Position numbers and translations under genes: made by a program. The notes under the pieces are model-generated. The model saw nothing but the letters and a program-made list of their open reading frames with translations. It ran no database searches and was not told the DNA's origin. Below are positions 40,215 to 49,967 of a DNA stretch of 64,000 nt, piece after piece. Origin of the DNA: Naegleria gruberi (lineage: Eukaryota); NCBI GenBank assembly GCA_000004985.1, contig GG738859.1; one strand, 5' to 3'. The stretch's first letter is position 1; the number at the start of each line of letters is the position of its first letter.

Positions 40215-41360
40215 CTACATTTTATCAATTTTCAAGATGAAAAAATTATCATGTCGTTTCATAAAAGATTCGCCTCCAAATAACATTACTTGAATGAATT
40301 TTTCATTTTCAGAAAGTAAAACAGAGCTAATGTGTCCTCTTCCCTCAGTTAGTAATGTCTTTGCTTGTTCGTCTTGTGGTTGAATTTGTAACTGCTTCCA
40401 AATTGGTAATAAGGAATCCTTTTCAAAGAGAATTGAATGCAAATCGTCAACATAGAAAATATCAGTCAGAAAGAGATCCTTATATCCATCATAATAATTT
40501 CCAAACATGATAAATAATGCATTTTCACTCACTATTATTCCAGATCTGTTTCGTTGGTACATTTTACATGTTTTCTTGTCATCGTCTTGAATCAAGCAGT
40601 TCCACAATTTGGTTTCCATATCAAAGCTCCACAAGTCATTCAGATAACATTCACTTCCATCCAATGTATAAAACCCTCCACTCACCAACAAGAATCTCTC
40701 CTTATAAATCACTGAACTATGCCAACAACGTTCTCTAGGAGCAGAATTCAAACTCTTAATTTTCTCCCACTCATTGGTTGTAACATTGAAACTCCACAAA
40801 TCATTGAGAAAGCTATCAGAATCTACTCCAAAACCCTTCTTTCCTCCAAAAACAATCATTTGATCTTTTTTGTAAATATTTGCAGTGTGTCCATGTCTAG
40901 TTTGTGGCCACACTGTCTCTTTGTTACGCTTCAACACCTCCTGCTTCCTCTCATCATGAATATTCATTACAAAAATTGAATCCATATATAGTTCAGTGTT
41001 ACTTCCTCCAAATGTCACTATCGAATCAATGCTCTCAAAATACAAGGATGTGTGATTATGTCTCGGAGAATCCAATTTCACATCCTTCTTCATTGGAACA
41101 TGTTCAATTTTACAAGAATTAGAATTGCAATCATCATTCAATTTTGATCTTGACGAATATTTAAATTTTACAATATCGGATAGAATGTTTCGAGTATTCC
41201 TTTCTGTACTGTGAGTTCTTCCTCCACAAATATAGAATGTCATTTCAAATAATTTGTCAGTATGATTAATTATTGATGGAATGAAGGTATTTCCCTGTAT
41301 TGGTTTTGTGCCACAAGTTGGTTTTTGAAGAGAAAATAGGCTCCCTTCAAGTTGTTTCAT
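40215..41360 (-). CDS. Kelch-repeat beta-propeller protein, paralogue B (381 aa, ATG at 41360)
   Basis: Same architecture as 34673..35764 with long identical peptide blocks. At the DNA level a roughly 190-bp tract (about 40626-40812) is more than 93% identical to about 35086-35272. Confidence 0.7.
   Translation of the reverse strand: MKQLEGSLFSLQKPTCGTKPIQGNTFIPSIINHTDKLFEMTFYICGGRTHSTERNTRNILSDIVKFKYSSRSKLNDDCNSNSCKIEHVPMKKDVKLDSPRHNHTSLYFESIDSIVTFGGSNTELYMDSIFVMNIHDERKQEVLKRNKETVWPQTRHGHTANIYKKDQMIVFGGKKGFGVDSDSFLNDLWSFNVTTNEWEKIKSLNSAPRERCWHSSVIYKERFLLVSGGFYTLDGSECYLNDLWSFDMETKLWNCLIQDDDKKTCKMYQRNRSGIIVSENALFIMFGNYYDGYKDLFLTDIFYVDDLHSILFEKDSLLPIWKQLQIQPQDEQAKTLLTEGRGHISSVLLSENEKFIQVMLFGGESFMKRHDNFFILKIDKM
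40626..40812. repeat. Near-identical tract, copy B of the Kelch paralogue pair
   Basis: See copy A. The antisense track ORFs 35180..35485 and 40719..40979 both begin MPTTFSRSRIQTLNFLPLIGCNIETPQI, which confirms the identity independently. Confidence 0.6.
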
Positions 41361-41781
41361 TTTTTTTTCTATATTGTTTAATTGGAATGCAAGATGGAAA
41401 TTGATTCAAGTTTACAAAATAGTTTTGATTATTCAATTCTCTTATAACTTGAAATGGAAGAGATTTTGTTCAAATTACAAAGAAAGTATTGTATTGGTTT
41501 TGTTTTGGTTTTGGTTTTTTACAGTGTATCATTCAAGAGCAACTCTTGATTTATTAATTCAAAATAAAAGAAAACTTTCTCTTTTGTTAACTCAGTGAGC
41601 TATAGTTTGCATACTCTTATATGTGTTGGTAATATATTGATTTTTGAGATTATTCAATAATATATTTTAAATATTAAATTTTAGAGAAATAATTTTTTAT
41701 GTTTTTACATTTTAAAAAAGGTTTACAACACCTCGTGTGAGAGATGTGGTAAAATTAGGTGTTTTGCGTGCTGGTTGGTAT

Positions 41782-42911
41782 TTACGTATAATCAGTTGCA
41801 ATTTCTGCATTGGAATCACTAATGGATTGCATGTGAATATTTTGAACATTTCCAATCTTCTTATTACCATTCTTATAACCTAAACCATGATTTTGATCAA
41901 AACCTTCACCTAATCCATATAAAATACCTATATACTTCTTGTCATTCATGTTATTTTCAAAGAAAACTTTCATCATTTTGAAAAATGTAGCACTTGTCAA
42001 TAAACTATCAGAACCGGCCTGGTGAGCAGGACCAATTCTCCTAAGGCCCAAGTCTTCCGCCAATTGGTTCAATCCTCCTTTCAAAGTATCACAACTCCTC
42101 ATCAAGTATTTAATATCATAAATACATGGGAAAAATGTATGTAATAATTCAAAGAAATCACGTTCAACTTCTGGTAATGGATCATTTGTTAAGAGCTTTA
42201 TCAAATATCCAAAGTCATAAGCACTGTGAAATGATATCCATTTAACATCTTCAGAAAGTACAATACCAGAAGAAATTAACTTTTCTCCAAATGTTTCAAC
42301 ATCAATTCCTTCCTTTTCATGGCTCAAAAATTTGATACCACTATCGGCCAAAAGTTCAATAGAATCTTGTGCATACATATCCTCTTTCAAGTTGAATTTG
42401 AAGTTAAATTGCCAAACACATTGTCCATCATCAGGAACATTTCCTTGCAAATCGGTAAATGTTAATCCGAGTTGAATAACTCTTAACAAGTTAACATTAC
42501 ACTTCAATGTTTGGTAGTGATACTCTGATTGTGTTCTAAAATTACCAACTGGTCTAGCAACTACTCCAGGAAATTCAGTATCCTACAAAATATTTGTAGT
42601 ATTGTGTGTTGATGATGTTGTTGTAGTAGTAGTTAATTTGGTTGTTGTTGTTGTAGTGAATTTTAATTGTTTAAAGATGTATAGTAAACAATTACAGCAA
42701 ATATTGACAATGAATTATTATAATAATAAATTAATAATAATTCACCATTACATACCATTGCTATGCAAGGATACTTTTCAACCATATGTATAATCTTGTG
42801 CATTTCCGTATCTAGATTATGCTTCCAAACATCTATAATTTTAATTTTCGAATCAGGATCGTTTATAGAAGTATTTCTATCGCTAAGCTCTACCAAATTA
42901 TATCCCACCAT
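41782..42911 (-). CDS. CCR4-NOT deadenylase subunit CAF1/POP2 (CNOT7/8-like, DEDD nuclease) in two exons. Exon 1 is about 42756-42911, followed by a roughly 170-bp intron. Exon 2 is 41782-42585.
   Basis: Exon 1: M...KIIDVWKHNLDTEMHKIIHMVEKYPCIAM, then gtatgt...ttttgtag (a GTT/AGT-rich intron). Exon 2: DTEFPGVVARPVGNFRTQSEYHYQTLKCNVNLLRVIQLGLTF...ISFHSAYDFGYL... These match the CAF1 motifs IREVWA.NLE...AMDTEFPG and LLK.IQLG. Track ORFs 42663..42911 and 41782..42507 are the two exons. Confidence 0.85.
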
Positions 42912-43497
42912 TTTGTATTCCTATTTAATATAATAATAATAACTTTCTCCACTTTAACTACTAGAGTGATGATCAAATAATACAATAATCTCCAATATTC
43001 AAAATTGCTATACAACACTGTACTCTGTCCGTCAATATATTAATAACAACACTGTAATGTAGCAAGAATTTTAGACTAGCAACAGAAAATAGGATGGCGC
43101 CAAAAAACTCTCGCGTTGGAAACAATACAAATTTTTGCAATTTGAAAAAAATTAGAAAATTTTTAAAATTAAAATTATTTTGGTCAAACATCGTTAAATT
43201 TTCCTGCTAATACAAAATGTGTTATTTATTGGTGGTTTTTGAGATGAGGTGGTGTTGGATTTGTTTTTTGGGTGATGAGAGTTGTTGTTTGATTATGAAG
43301 GTTGATATGTGTTCAATAAGATCATGAGTTATTTTTACATATAAAGGAAAAAGGAGACGAGTGTTGTTCAAATAAATGGAAGGAGACTAAGGTATTGAAC
43401 CAGTATTGAGCCAACTGAAACTCTCAACAAGAGAACTTTGGGTTAGAGATGATTGGAGAAATGTAATGCCTCTATGGGATACTTATTACTAGAAATG

Positions 43498-44760
43498 TTA
43501 TTGCTGTGTTTTAATTACATCGATGGCTTGTTGAGCTTGTGTGAGACCATTGCTGAGAGCTTGATGAAGGTAATCTAAGGATTTCTCGACATTTTTCTCG
43601 CATCCTTGACCTTTAAAGTAGGAGATTCCAACATTGAATTGAGATCTAGCATCACCAAGATCAGCAGCTTTCAAATACCATTGGAATGCACTTTCATATG
43701 ATTGTTCAACTCCAATACCATCGTAATACATGTTACCAACACTGAACTGAGAGAGCACATGGTCTTGGTTTGCAGCTTTCAAATACCATTCATAAGCCTT
43801 TGCATCAGATTGCTCAATTCCTAATCCATTTTCATAGAGCAATGCCAAGTTATATTGTGAATCAGCATGATTTTGGTTTGCAGATTGAGTGAACCATTCA
43901 ACTGCAGTTTGATAATTTTGTTCAACACCATGTCCATTCACATATAAGAATCCAAGAATATGTTGAGCATCTGTCAATCCAATATTTGCCAATTTTTCAA
44001 AAATCTTGAATGATTTTTCCAATTGTGGGTCAACTCCCTCACCTCCACTGAAATAAATTAATCCCATATTATATTGAGAATCAACATGATTTTGTTCAGC
44101 TGCCTTTTCATACCATTTTAAAGCCTCAGTCAATGATTTTTCAATACCTTGCCCATTTTCATAAAGTAGGCCAACATGAAATTGTGCAACTTCATCTCCT
44201 TTCACTGCTGCCTTCATATAATACTCGAATGATTTCTCATAATCTTGTTTAAGTGTTGAGTAACAATATCCTAAAAACGTAGAGGCAGGAACAAAATCCA
44301 GTTCGGCAGCCTTCAAACAATATTCAATACACTTCTCATATTCTCTCATATCAAAATGATATAATCCCAAATGATATTGAGCAGAAACATTTCCTTCATC
44401 TGCTGCTTTCACCAACTCTTCATGAGAATATTGAATTTCATAATCATGATCGTGATGATGATGTCCACCACATTGATGCTCACATGAGGAACATCCTCCT
44501 TCCTCCTCACCATTATGAACAATTCCTTCTTCGTGATGATGATGACTTCCACAATGTCCCGAACCACATCCACCTCCTCCAGAAGAACACGAATGATTAT
44601 TAAACAATTGAACATGATAGAATTTCATGATAGGATTCATAATACTCGGAAGAAAGGAACTCTTCCACGCAGTAGTGGTCTTGTTGTTACAAAATCTCAG
44701 ATGAGAGTGTTTGGCAACAAAGAATTTGATTGAATTACTTTTCAATAACTTGTTCATCAT
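43498..44760 (-). CDS. Sel1-like repeat (SLR/TPR-like) protein with a Cys/His/Gly-rich putative metal-binding insert and a basic N-terminal presequence, 420 aa
   Basis: Nine or more tandem Sel1 repeats with the typical G.G...D...A..WY.KAA..G...AQ..LG pattern (AQYHLGLYH..., AQFHVGLLYENGQGIEKS, SQYNMGLIYFSGGEG, AQHILGFLYVNGHGVEQN, SQYNLALLYENGLGIEQS, SQFSVGNMYYDGIGVEQS, SQFNVGISYFKGQGCEKN). Ahead of the repeats sits SCSSGGGGCGSGHCGSHHHHEEG...CSSCEHQCGGHHHHDHD. The N-terminus MMNKLLKSNSIKFFVAKHSHLRFCNNK is basic and amphipathic, so it may be a mitochondrial targeting sequence. Confidence 0.7.
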   Translation of the reverse strand: MMNKLLKSNSIKFFVAKHSHLRFCNNKTTTAWKSSFLPSIMNPIMKFYHVQLFNNHSCSSGGGGCGSGHCGSHHHHEEGIVHNGEEEGGCSSCEHQCGGHHHHDHDYEIQYSHEELVKAADEGNVSAQYHLGLYHFDMREYEKCIEYCLKAAELDFVPASTFLGYCYSTLKQDYEKSFEYYMKAAVKGDEVAQFHVGLLYENGQGIEKSLTEALKWYEKAAEQNHVDSQYNMGLIYFSGGEGVDPQLEKSFKIFEKLANIGLTDAQHILGFLYVNGHGVEQNYQTAVEWFTQSANQNHADSQYNLALLYENGLGIEQSDAKAYEWYLKAANQDHVLSQFSVGNMYYDGIGVEQSYESAFQWYLKAADLGDARSQFNVGISYFKGQGCEKNVEKSLDYLHQALSNGLTQAQQAIDVIKTQQ

Positions 44761-45096
44761 TTTTTTTAAAATTGCTAGAAAACAAGTTTTTGAAAACCTT
44801 GATTAATTTCGACTATCAAATGTTGGGAATTGTCAAATAACAATATATCAACAATAAGGCTCTCTGACAGAAACAATATAAATTCTAAATAAGGAGTAAC
44901 TTGCAAAGATTTTAGTGTAATTTCATGCAGTCAATATGAATCACTAAGGCATTCCACAAAAATGTTAACCAATAACACAAGATCGGATTTCCGAGAAGAT
45001 CTCTCATAACATAGTCGCACCAATAACAATAGCGGACTAGCAAACTGAAGTACACTGAGGATTAATAAAAAAAATAGCAATATTTACAGAAGCTCG

Positions 45097-46187
45097 ATGA
45101 ATTTTATCAATTCCATTACATCAACTCTTAGTGCTATCACTCCAACCCAGTACGGATATGGTGCTCTGGGTTTATTAGGTCTTTATTTTGGCAAGAAATA
45201 TTTCAATGGCGGTACAGTTAGTGCTGATCTGTTGAAGAGTAATCTTTCGGGAAGGATTGTTATTGTTACTGGTGCTTCGATGGGAGGTATTGGTTATGAA
45301 ACATCAAGAGTATTGCATAGTTTAGGAGCTACCGTTATTCTAGTTGTTAGAAATGAACAGGCAGGTAAAGAAGCAAGAGAAGCTATTTCCAAACAAAATG
45401 GACATGCTGACAGATTGGTTGTCATGTTAATGGATTTGACTGATTTGGAATCTGTTAAGAAGTTTGCTCAAGAATTCAAATCTAAATTCAATCAATTGGA
45501 TATTTTGATTAATAATGCTGGAGTTATGGCTTGTCCTCATTCAACAACCAAACAAGGAATTGTAAGTACTATATTGAGCTCTAAAACTAACAGAATTCAA
45601 AGGAAATTCAATTTGGATGCAACCACCTCGGCCACTTCTTACTCACTCTCTTACTTTTGGATATGATTAAGAAATCAAATGGAAAAGTTATTAACTTGTC
45701 ATCCTTGGCAGCTAATTCAAGTGTAAGCTTTGTAAACAAATATGCCACCTTTGCTATGGATACATTGAAAGGTGACTGTAAACAAACTATGTCAACTCAT
45801 TCACTCTACAAGAGATCCAAGCTTGCAAATGTATTGTTCACTAAAAAGTTGAGTAGAGAATTAGCTTTGGATACTACTACCACAGCTCAAACCTATTCTT
45901 TACACCCCGGAGCGGTTAGCACGAATCTCGGACGCTGGCTTGGAAGAGCTGTTACCTTTATCTTAATGACTATCATGTATCCAATCATGTGGTTCTTGTT
46001 AAAATCAGCTCACCAAGGTGCTCAAACAACTCTTCATCTCGCCCTTTCTGATAAATCCAAGTTAAAACCTGGAAGCTATTACAGTGATTGCCATGAAAAT
46101 ATTGGAAATCCATGTGAAGATTCAATTGAATTACAAGATCGTTTGTGGAATAATAGTATTGAAATTTGTAAAAAATATCTTGAGTAA
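45097..46187 (+). CDS. Short-chain dehydrogenase/reductase (retinol-dehydrogenase/WWOX-like SDR) in two exons separated by a 32-bp GTAAGT...CAG intron (45562-45593)
   Basis: The cofactor motif TGASMGGIGYETSR, LDILINNAGVM and, after splicing, TKQGI|NSKEIQFGCNHLGHFLLTLLLLDMIKKSNGKVINLSSLA reproduce the classical RDH-type block ExQFGxNHLGHFLLTxLLLD. The two track ORFs (45097..45666 and 45657..46187) are in different frames and are joined exactly by removing 32 nt. Confidence 0.75.
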
Positions 46188-46189
46188 AT

Positions 46190-46855
46190 TCAATGTTTTG
46201 TTGGGAAATCACTATGCATCCAAACAAATCCACTTTTTGATGAGTGTGATGCACTCTTTCTCTGCAACCAATTGGTTAAGTGAATATAATATTGACCTCT
46301 TTGGGTATCAAATGATATGTAGAGCTTCTTTGCAATAATTCTGTACTGAGATTGTCTAAAATATTGTGGAATTGTTTCACCATGACTCTCCAATTCATCT
46401 GCAACTTTGGACATGTCAATAGTATGGTAATTTTTCGTCCATACAGGATTTCCAAAACTTGGGAAATGAGGATATGTAAATTCATAAGTAATACGTGTTA
46501 CAGATTCCTCTCTTCCATTATTGTTTGATATCTCTGTTCTCTTGTAAAGATGATTTGGGATGGTAGCCGACATGTAGGTTTGGAAAGCTTCTTTCGAACA
46601 ATTTCCAATAGCTGTATTCATCATTTTGCAATCTCCACTACTTGGTGTATTACATTTAATCAAGTTTCTCCTGATCCTTCTCTCCAATCTTTGTGCTTCC
46701 TCAAGTATCTGAGTTGAGATGGTACATGAATAATTGGTAAGTGGAGAATCGTACACGTAAAGTGGTATTTCGTCCATACACTCGAAAGGGTCAATTAATT
46801 TACTAGTGTTATCTCTTTTACTGGTGGGGAATGAGAATTTGGTGCTGATACTCAT
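46190..46855 (-). CDS. Hypothetical protein (221 aa), no recognisable domain
   Basis: ATG ORF. Its stop lies 2 bp from the stop of the convergent SDR gene. It is Cys-containing and R/K-rich (RLERRIRRNLIKCNTPSSGDCKMMNTAIGNC). Confidence 0.4.
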   Translation of the reverse strand: MSISTKFSFPTSKRDNTSKLIDPFECMDEIPLYVYDSPLTNYSCTISTQILEEAQRLERRIRRNLIKCNTPSSGDCKMMNTAIGNCSKEAFQTYMSATIPNHLYKRTEISNNNGREESVTRITYEFTYPHFPSFGNPVWTKNYHTIDMSKVADELESHGETIPQYFRQSQYRIIAKKLYISFDTQRGQYYIHLTNWLQRKSASHSSKSGFVWMHSDFPTKH

Positions 46856-47066
46856 AATAGATGTGATGCTATTTTTCTGTAAAGAAGAGACTGTGTAATA
46901 AATCTTGAAAACTCATTATTTCAGAGTTTTTTAAACTATAATTTTAGCAATTAGATCATTATCCGACCACCCATTCACCCATTCACTTTATTTATTATCA
47001 TTAATGGTCAACTGATAATATCCAAACAATGAACTAATACGAATATTCTAAAACATAACCCAAAAA

Positions 47067-47492
47067 ATGAAAAGAACAAATTCCAGAGCATCATCATCAA
47101 ATTCAAAGAAAGCCAAAACATCAAAAACAACAACATCAACTAGAAATACCAAAATAGCACAAAAAGATGCCATATCTTCTTCAAAATCATCAAAAAGTAG
47201 GACAAGTACTCCTTCAAAGAAGGGAACAAAAACAACAACATTCGAGGATGAATATTCATCATACGACTCGGAATCATCCTATGATTGTTATATATTGGGA
47301 GTGTTAGAATCGGATTCATCAGATTATTCATCAGAGGAAGAAGTTAAAGAAGTTGTCATTCCGAAAAAACCACCAGAAGTTGTTGATTTAATTGACTCTT
47401 CTGATGAAAATAATGAGGACAAATATTGGGAAAAAGTTGTTGTGAAGGATGAAAAGCAAACAAAGAATAACAAGAAGCAAAAATTAAGATGA
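47067..47492 (+). CDS. Small S/T/K-rich and acidic low-complexity protein with a SIM-like hydrophobic-acidic motif (VVDLIDSSDE)
   Basis: 141-aa ATG ORF with a K/S/T-rich N-terminus, an acidic S/D/E/Y block, VVIPKKPPEVVDLIDSSDENNED and a basic tail. Probably nuclear. Whether it really codes is uncertain. Confidence 0.35.
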   Translation: MKRTNSRASSSNSKKAKTSKTTTSTRNTKIAQKDAISSSKSSKSRTSTPSKKGTKTTTFEDEYSSYDSESSYDCYILGVLESDSSDYSSEEEVKEVVIPKKPPEVVDLIDSSDENNEDKYWEKVVVKDEKQTKNNKKQKLR

Positions 47493-47522
47493 AATTCTTT
47501 ACCAATTGGCAGAGTTTAAATG

Positions 47523-48497
47523 CTACTTGTAAATGAGAACTCTCCTCCTTTTAGAATCACAAAGGAATAATTCTTGGGTTTGTTCATTGATGAATATTCC
47601 ACAATTTCCATCCCATTCGTAATTTAGAACATAACGTACCAGATTCAAGTCTCTATCAAGAACAAACATCATTCTATCAGCATCACTGACAAATAATAAT
47701 TGACTAGATTTTTCAAAAAACATTGAATAAGGTCTTGATAGATATTCAGTGCTGCTCAGACCTTTAATGTGTGGACCAATCTTTTTCACTGATCTCCATC
47801 CTTCATTATCCTTAACCAACTTTTCTATAAAGTATTTCCGACAGACGAACATTTCTCCCTCAATTTCACTAGAAAATTCAATATTATCCAAAAATTCTAA
47901 ATCATCTGTTGGAATATTAATTTTCAATGTACTACCTGTTTTAGAATCAATACAAGTTAGCACATCAAAATAATCACACACGTAAACAACATTCTCAAAT
48001 ACATTAATTCCCCAAACATGTTGAAATGATTTAGAATGAGACCAAATCAGAGCTCGATGCTTAGTATCATCCACCACAATTGAATCCTCATCATTCCATA
48101 ACAGCTTAATATTAAATTTTGAAACATGGTTCAAACTAGAAATGTATAAATCAAATCCTCTCACACAAAACCATACAACATAGGATTTAAATAGAATTGA
48201 TCTAATAAACGATCGATTCTTCAAATCAAACACCAAAATCCGATCCTTTACATTTACCAATATCAATCCATACTCATAGCATATTTGAATATTCTTTGGT
48301 TTTCCATGCATTGCAAAATCAATCTCGGAACTGATTTCAAAATTCTCCCACCCAAATCCTCTTCTAGGTTTCAATTTATTTCTAAATTTTTCCATTAGGA
48401 TTTCCAAATCCCTTCTTTTATCTTCCTTTCCATCTTTCTCTCCACTGATAATACTATGAAAATCCATCAATTCAATACAAACACATGTTCTTTCCAT
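47523..48497 (-). CDS. NHL-repeat-like six-bladed beta-propeller protein (about 325 aa). The real ATG is probably at about 48497 (MERTCVCIELMDFH...); the track start at 48662 is an alternative codon.
   Basis: Repeated short beta-strand motifs ending in D/N with aromatic residues (LFVSDADRMMFVLDRDLNLVRYV, VYVCDYFDVLTCIDSKTG, LVFDLKNRSFIRSI) recall NHL/YWTD propellers. The assignment is weak. Confidence 0.4.
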   Translation of the reverse strand: MERTCVCIELMDFHSIISGEKDGKEDKRRDLEILMEKFRNKLKPRRGFGWENFEISSEIDFAMHGKPKNIQICYEYGLILVNVKDRILVFDLKNRSFIRSILFKSYVVWFCVRGFDLYISSLNHVSKFNIKLLWNDEDSIVVDDTKHRALIWSHSKSFQHVWGINVFENVVYVCDYFDVLTCIDSKTGSTLKINIPTDDLEFLDNIEFSSEIEGEMFVCRKYFIEKLVKDNEGWRSVKKIGPHIKGLSSTEYLSRPYSMFFEKSSQLLFVSDADRMMFVLDRDLNLVRYVLNYEWDGNCGIFINEQTQELFLCDSKRRRVLIYK

Positions 48498-48649
48498 TTT
48501 TTCATAGCTAACAATGAACAGTAATATTATTTTGGCGCCACTATTTTTCCAAACAAGGACTTGGACAGTGGATAAGTGCAATGATTGGTTTGTTTTATGG
48601 TCAACTATATTTTGAAAATTGCAAATGTATTTAAAAACCTTTAAAAAAA

Positions 48650-49804
48650 ATGTCAACAACACAAACCAAGAAAAAATCCATCAAAAAATCGGAAGCCTAC
48701 ACACAAAATTCGAAAATAATTCTCAGGAAATTCTTAAGATATTATTCACTCGTTTCCAGGAAGAATACTTCATCACCATGTACAATGGAAGAAATATCTA
48801 CAAAGAAAAAGAAGGAAAATTTAAAAGGAATATTTGCTAGTCTTCCGTTGGATGTGGTGATTGGAAATGTGTTTCCTTTTATTTCTTATTTTGAATTGTT
48901 GACTTCGTTTTGCTGTATTTCAAAAGAGTGGTACTTGTCGATTTGGGAAAAGTATATTATGAATTCGTCAATTTCTCGATTATTGTTGAATTTTAGTAGG
49001 AGTTTGAAGAGATCTTTCAATTTTGGAAAATTGGGAGGAAAATATGACAAGTTTCCAATATTATTGCCAACCTATGATGATCATATAATGTGTGATACGA
49101 ATAGAGGATTTGTAAAATATGAACCAGTTGTTCTGATTGGAGAAGGATGTGAACAGAAACTTTGTAAATTACAAAATTTCACTAGAAGTTGTAAATATTT
49201 ATCAGACTTGAAATTTGATCCTCTTTCAAGCTTGAGAGAGACTGGAGTACCTAGAGAAAAATTACTAATTTATCAGGATAGTGAAATATTATCCCCTGAC
49301 TTACACACTGTCGAATTTTTCAGAAAACATGTTACCAATAATTTGAGAGGTGCTGCCAAATCATATTCCAACAAATCCAATGTGAATATTCCACAAGCTA
49401 GCTTCAGTATTCCTGAAGTTTTTATTGATGCTCTTCTCAGTAACAAGTCTCAATTGTCTGATTATTTCTTCACCGATGAATTAAAGAAGGAAATTAGGAA
49501 TTTAAATGTGGTAGATGCAGATCAGAATAAGGCCTGTATGGGAGTAGTTGTGTGGATTTTGAGAGAGATTTTGAGTTTTTATTTCATGATGTTTGAATAT
49601 CGATTATTTAGCACCAAGTATGCCAATGCACACATTCCTAATAATGACTCGCCATCAAATATTAAGGTATCAATGCGAGAGAAGAGATTATCTTTGTTTA
49701 ATTTTGAGGGTTCACATCATTTTAAAGAGGGATCAATTCTCGATTGTTTTTCTCAGGTAATTGATACAATTTATGGAATGAATATCTTGAATGCATCAAC
49801 GTAA
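48650..49804 (+). CDS. F-box-like domain protein (384 aa or more; a 3' exon is possible after a gtaagt at 49803)
   Basis: ATG at 48650. F-box-like LPLDVVIGNVFPFISYFELLTSFCCISKEWYLSIW near the N-terminus. The ORF ends at a TAA that is embedded in aacGTAAGTttc, so the stop may instead be a splice donor. Confidence 0.5.
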   Translation: MSTTQTKKKSIKKSEAYTQNSKIILRKFLRYYSLVSRKNTSSPCTMEEISTKKKKENLKGIFASLPLDVVIGNVFPFISYFELLTSFCCISKEWYLSIWEKYIMNSSISRLLLNFSRSLKRSFNFGKLGGKYDKFPILLPTYDDHIMCDTNRGFVKYEPVVLIGEGCEQKLCKLQNFTRSCKYLSDLKFDPLSSLRETGVPREKLLIYQDSEILSPDLHTVEFFRKHVTNNLRGAAKSYSNKSNVNIPQASFSIPEVFIDALLSNKSQLSDYFFTDELKKEIRNLNVVDADQNKACMGVVVWILREILSFYFMMFEYRLFSTKYANAHIPNNDSPSNIKVSMREKRLSLFNFEGSHHFKEGSILDCFSQVIDTIYGMNILNAST

Positions 49805-49967
49805 GTTTCAAATGTTGTAATTGTACTAATTTCTGAAAAGTGGATCATTGATTGGTTTTGTAGGTTGGAGAGTTTTCAAAATTGATTGTGTGTTTAGTAA
49901 GGGTTATAATTTCCCTCCTGAAGAGGATGGTAATAGTACTCAATAATACTTCAAAAAATTGTCTAGG

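Noticed and set aside
42586-42755. GTT/AGT-rich simple-sequence stretch (gatgatgttgttgtagtagtagtt…gttgttgttgtagtg) as a possible microsatellite or regulatory repeat
   Set aside because: It lies inside the 170-bp intron of the CAF1 gene and is simply intronic low-complexity sequence. The copy number is too low to call a microsatellite with confidence.
43060-43110. E2F-like element (ttttttGGCGCCat… / ctctCGCGttgg) upstream of the CAF1 gene
   Set aside because: This is a single short motif match in AT-rich DNA with no supporting conservation data, and it could easily occur by chance.
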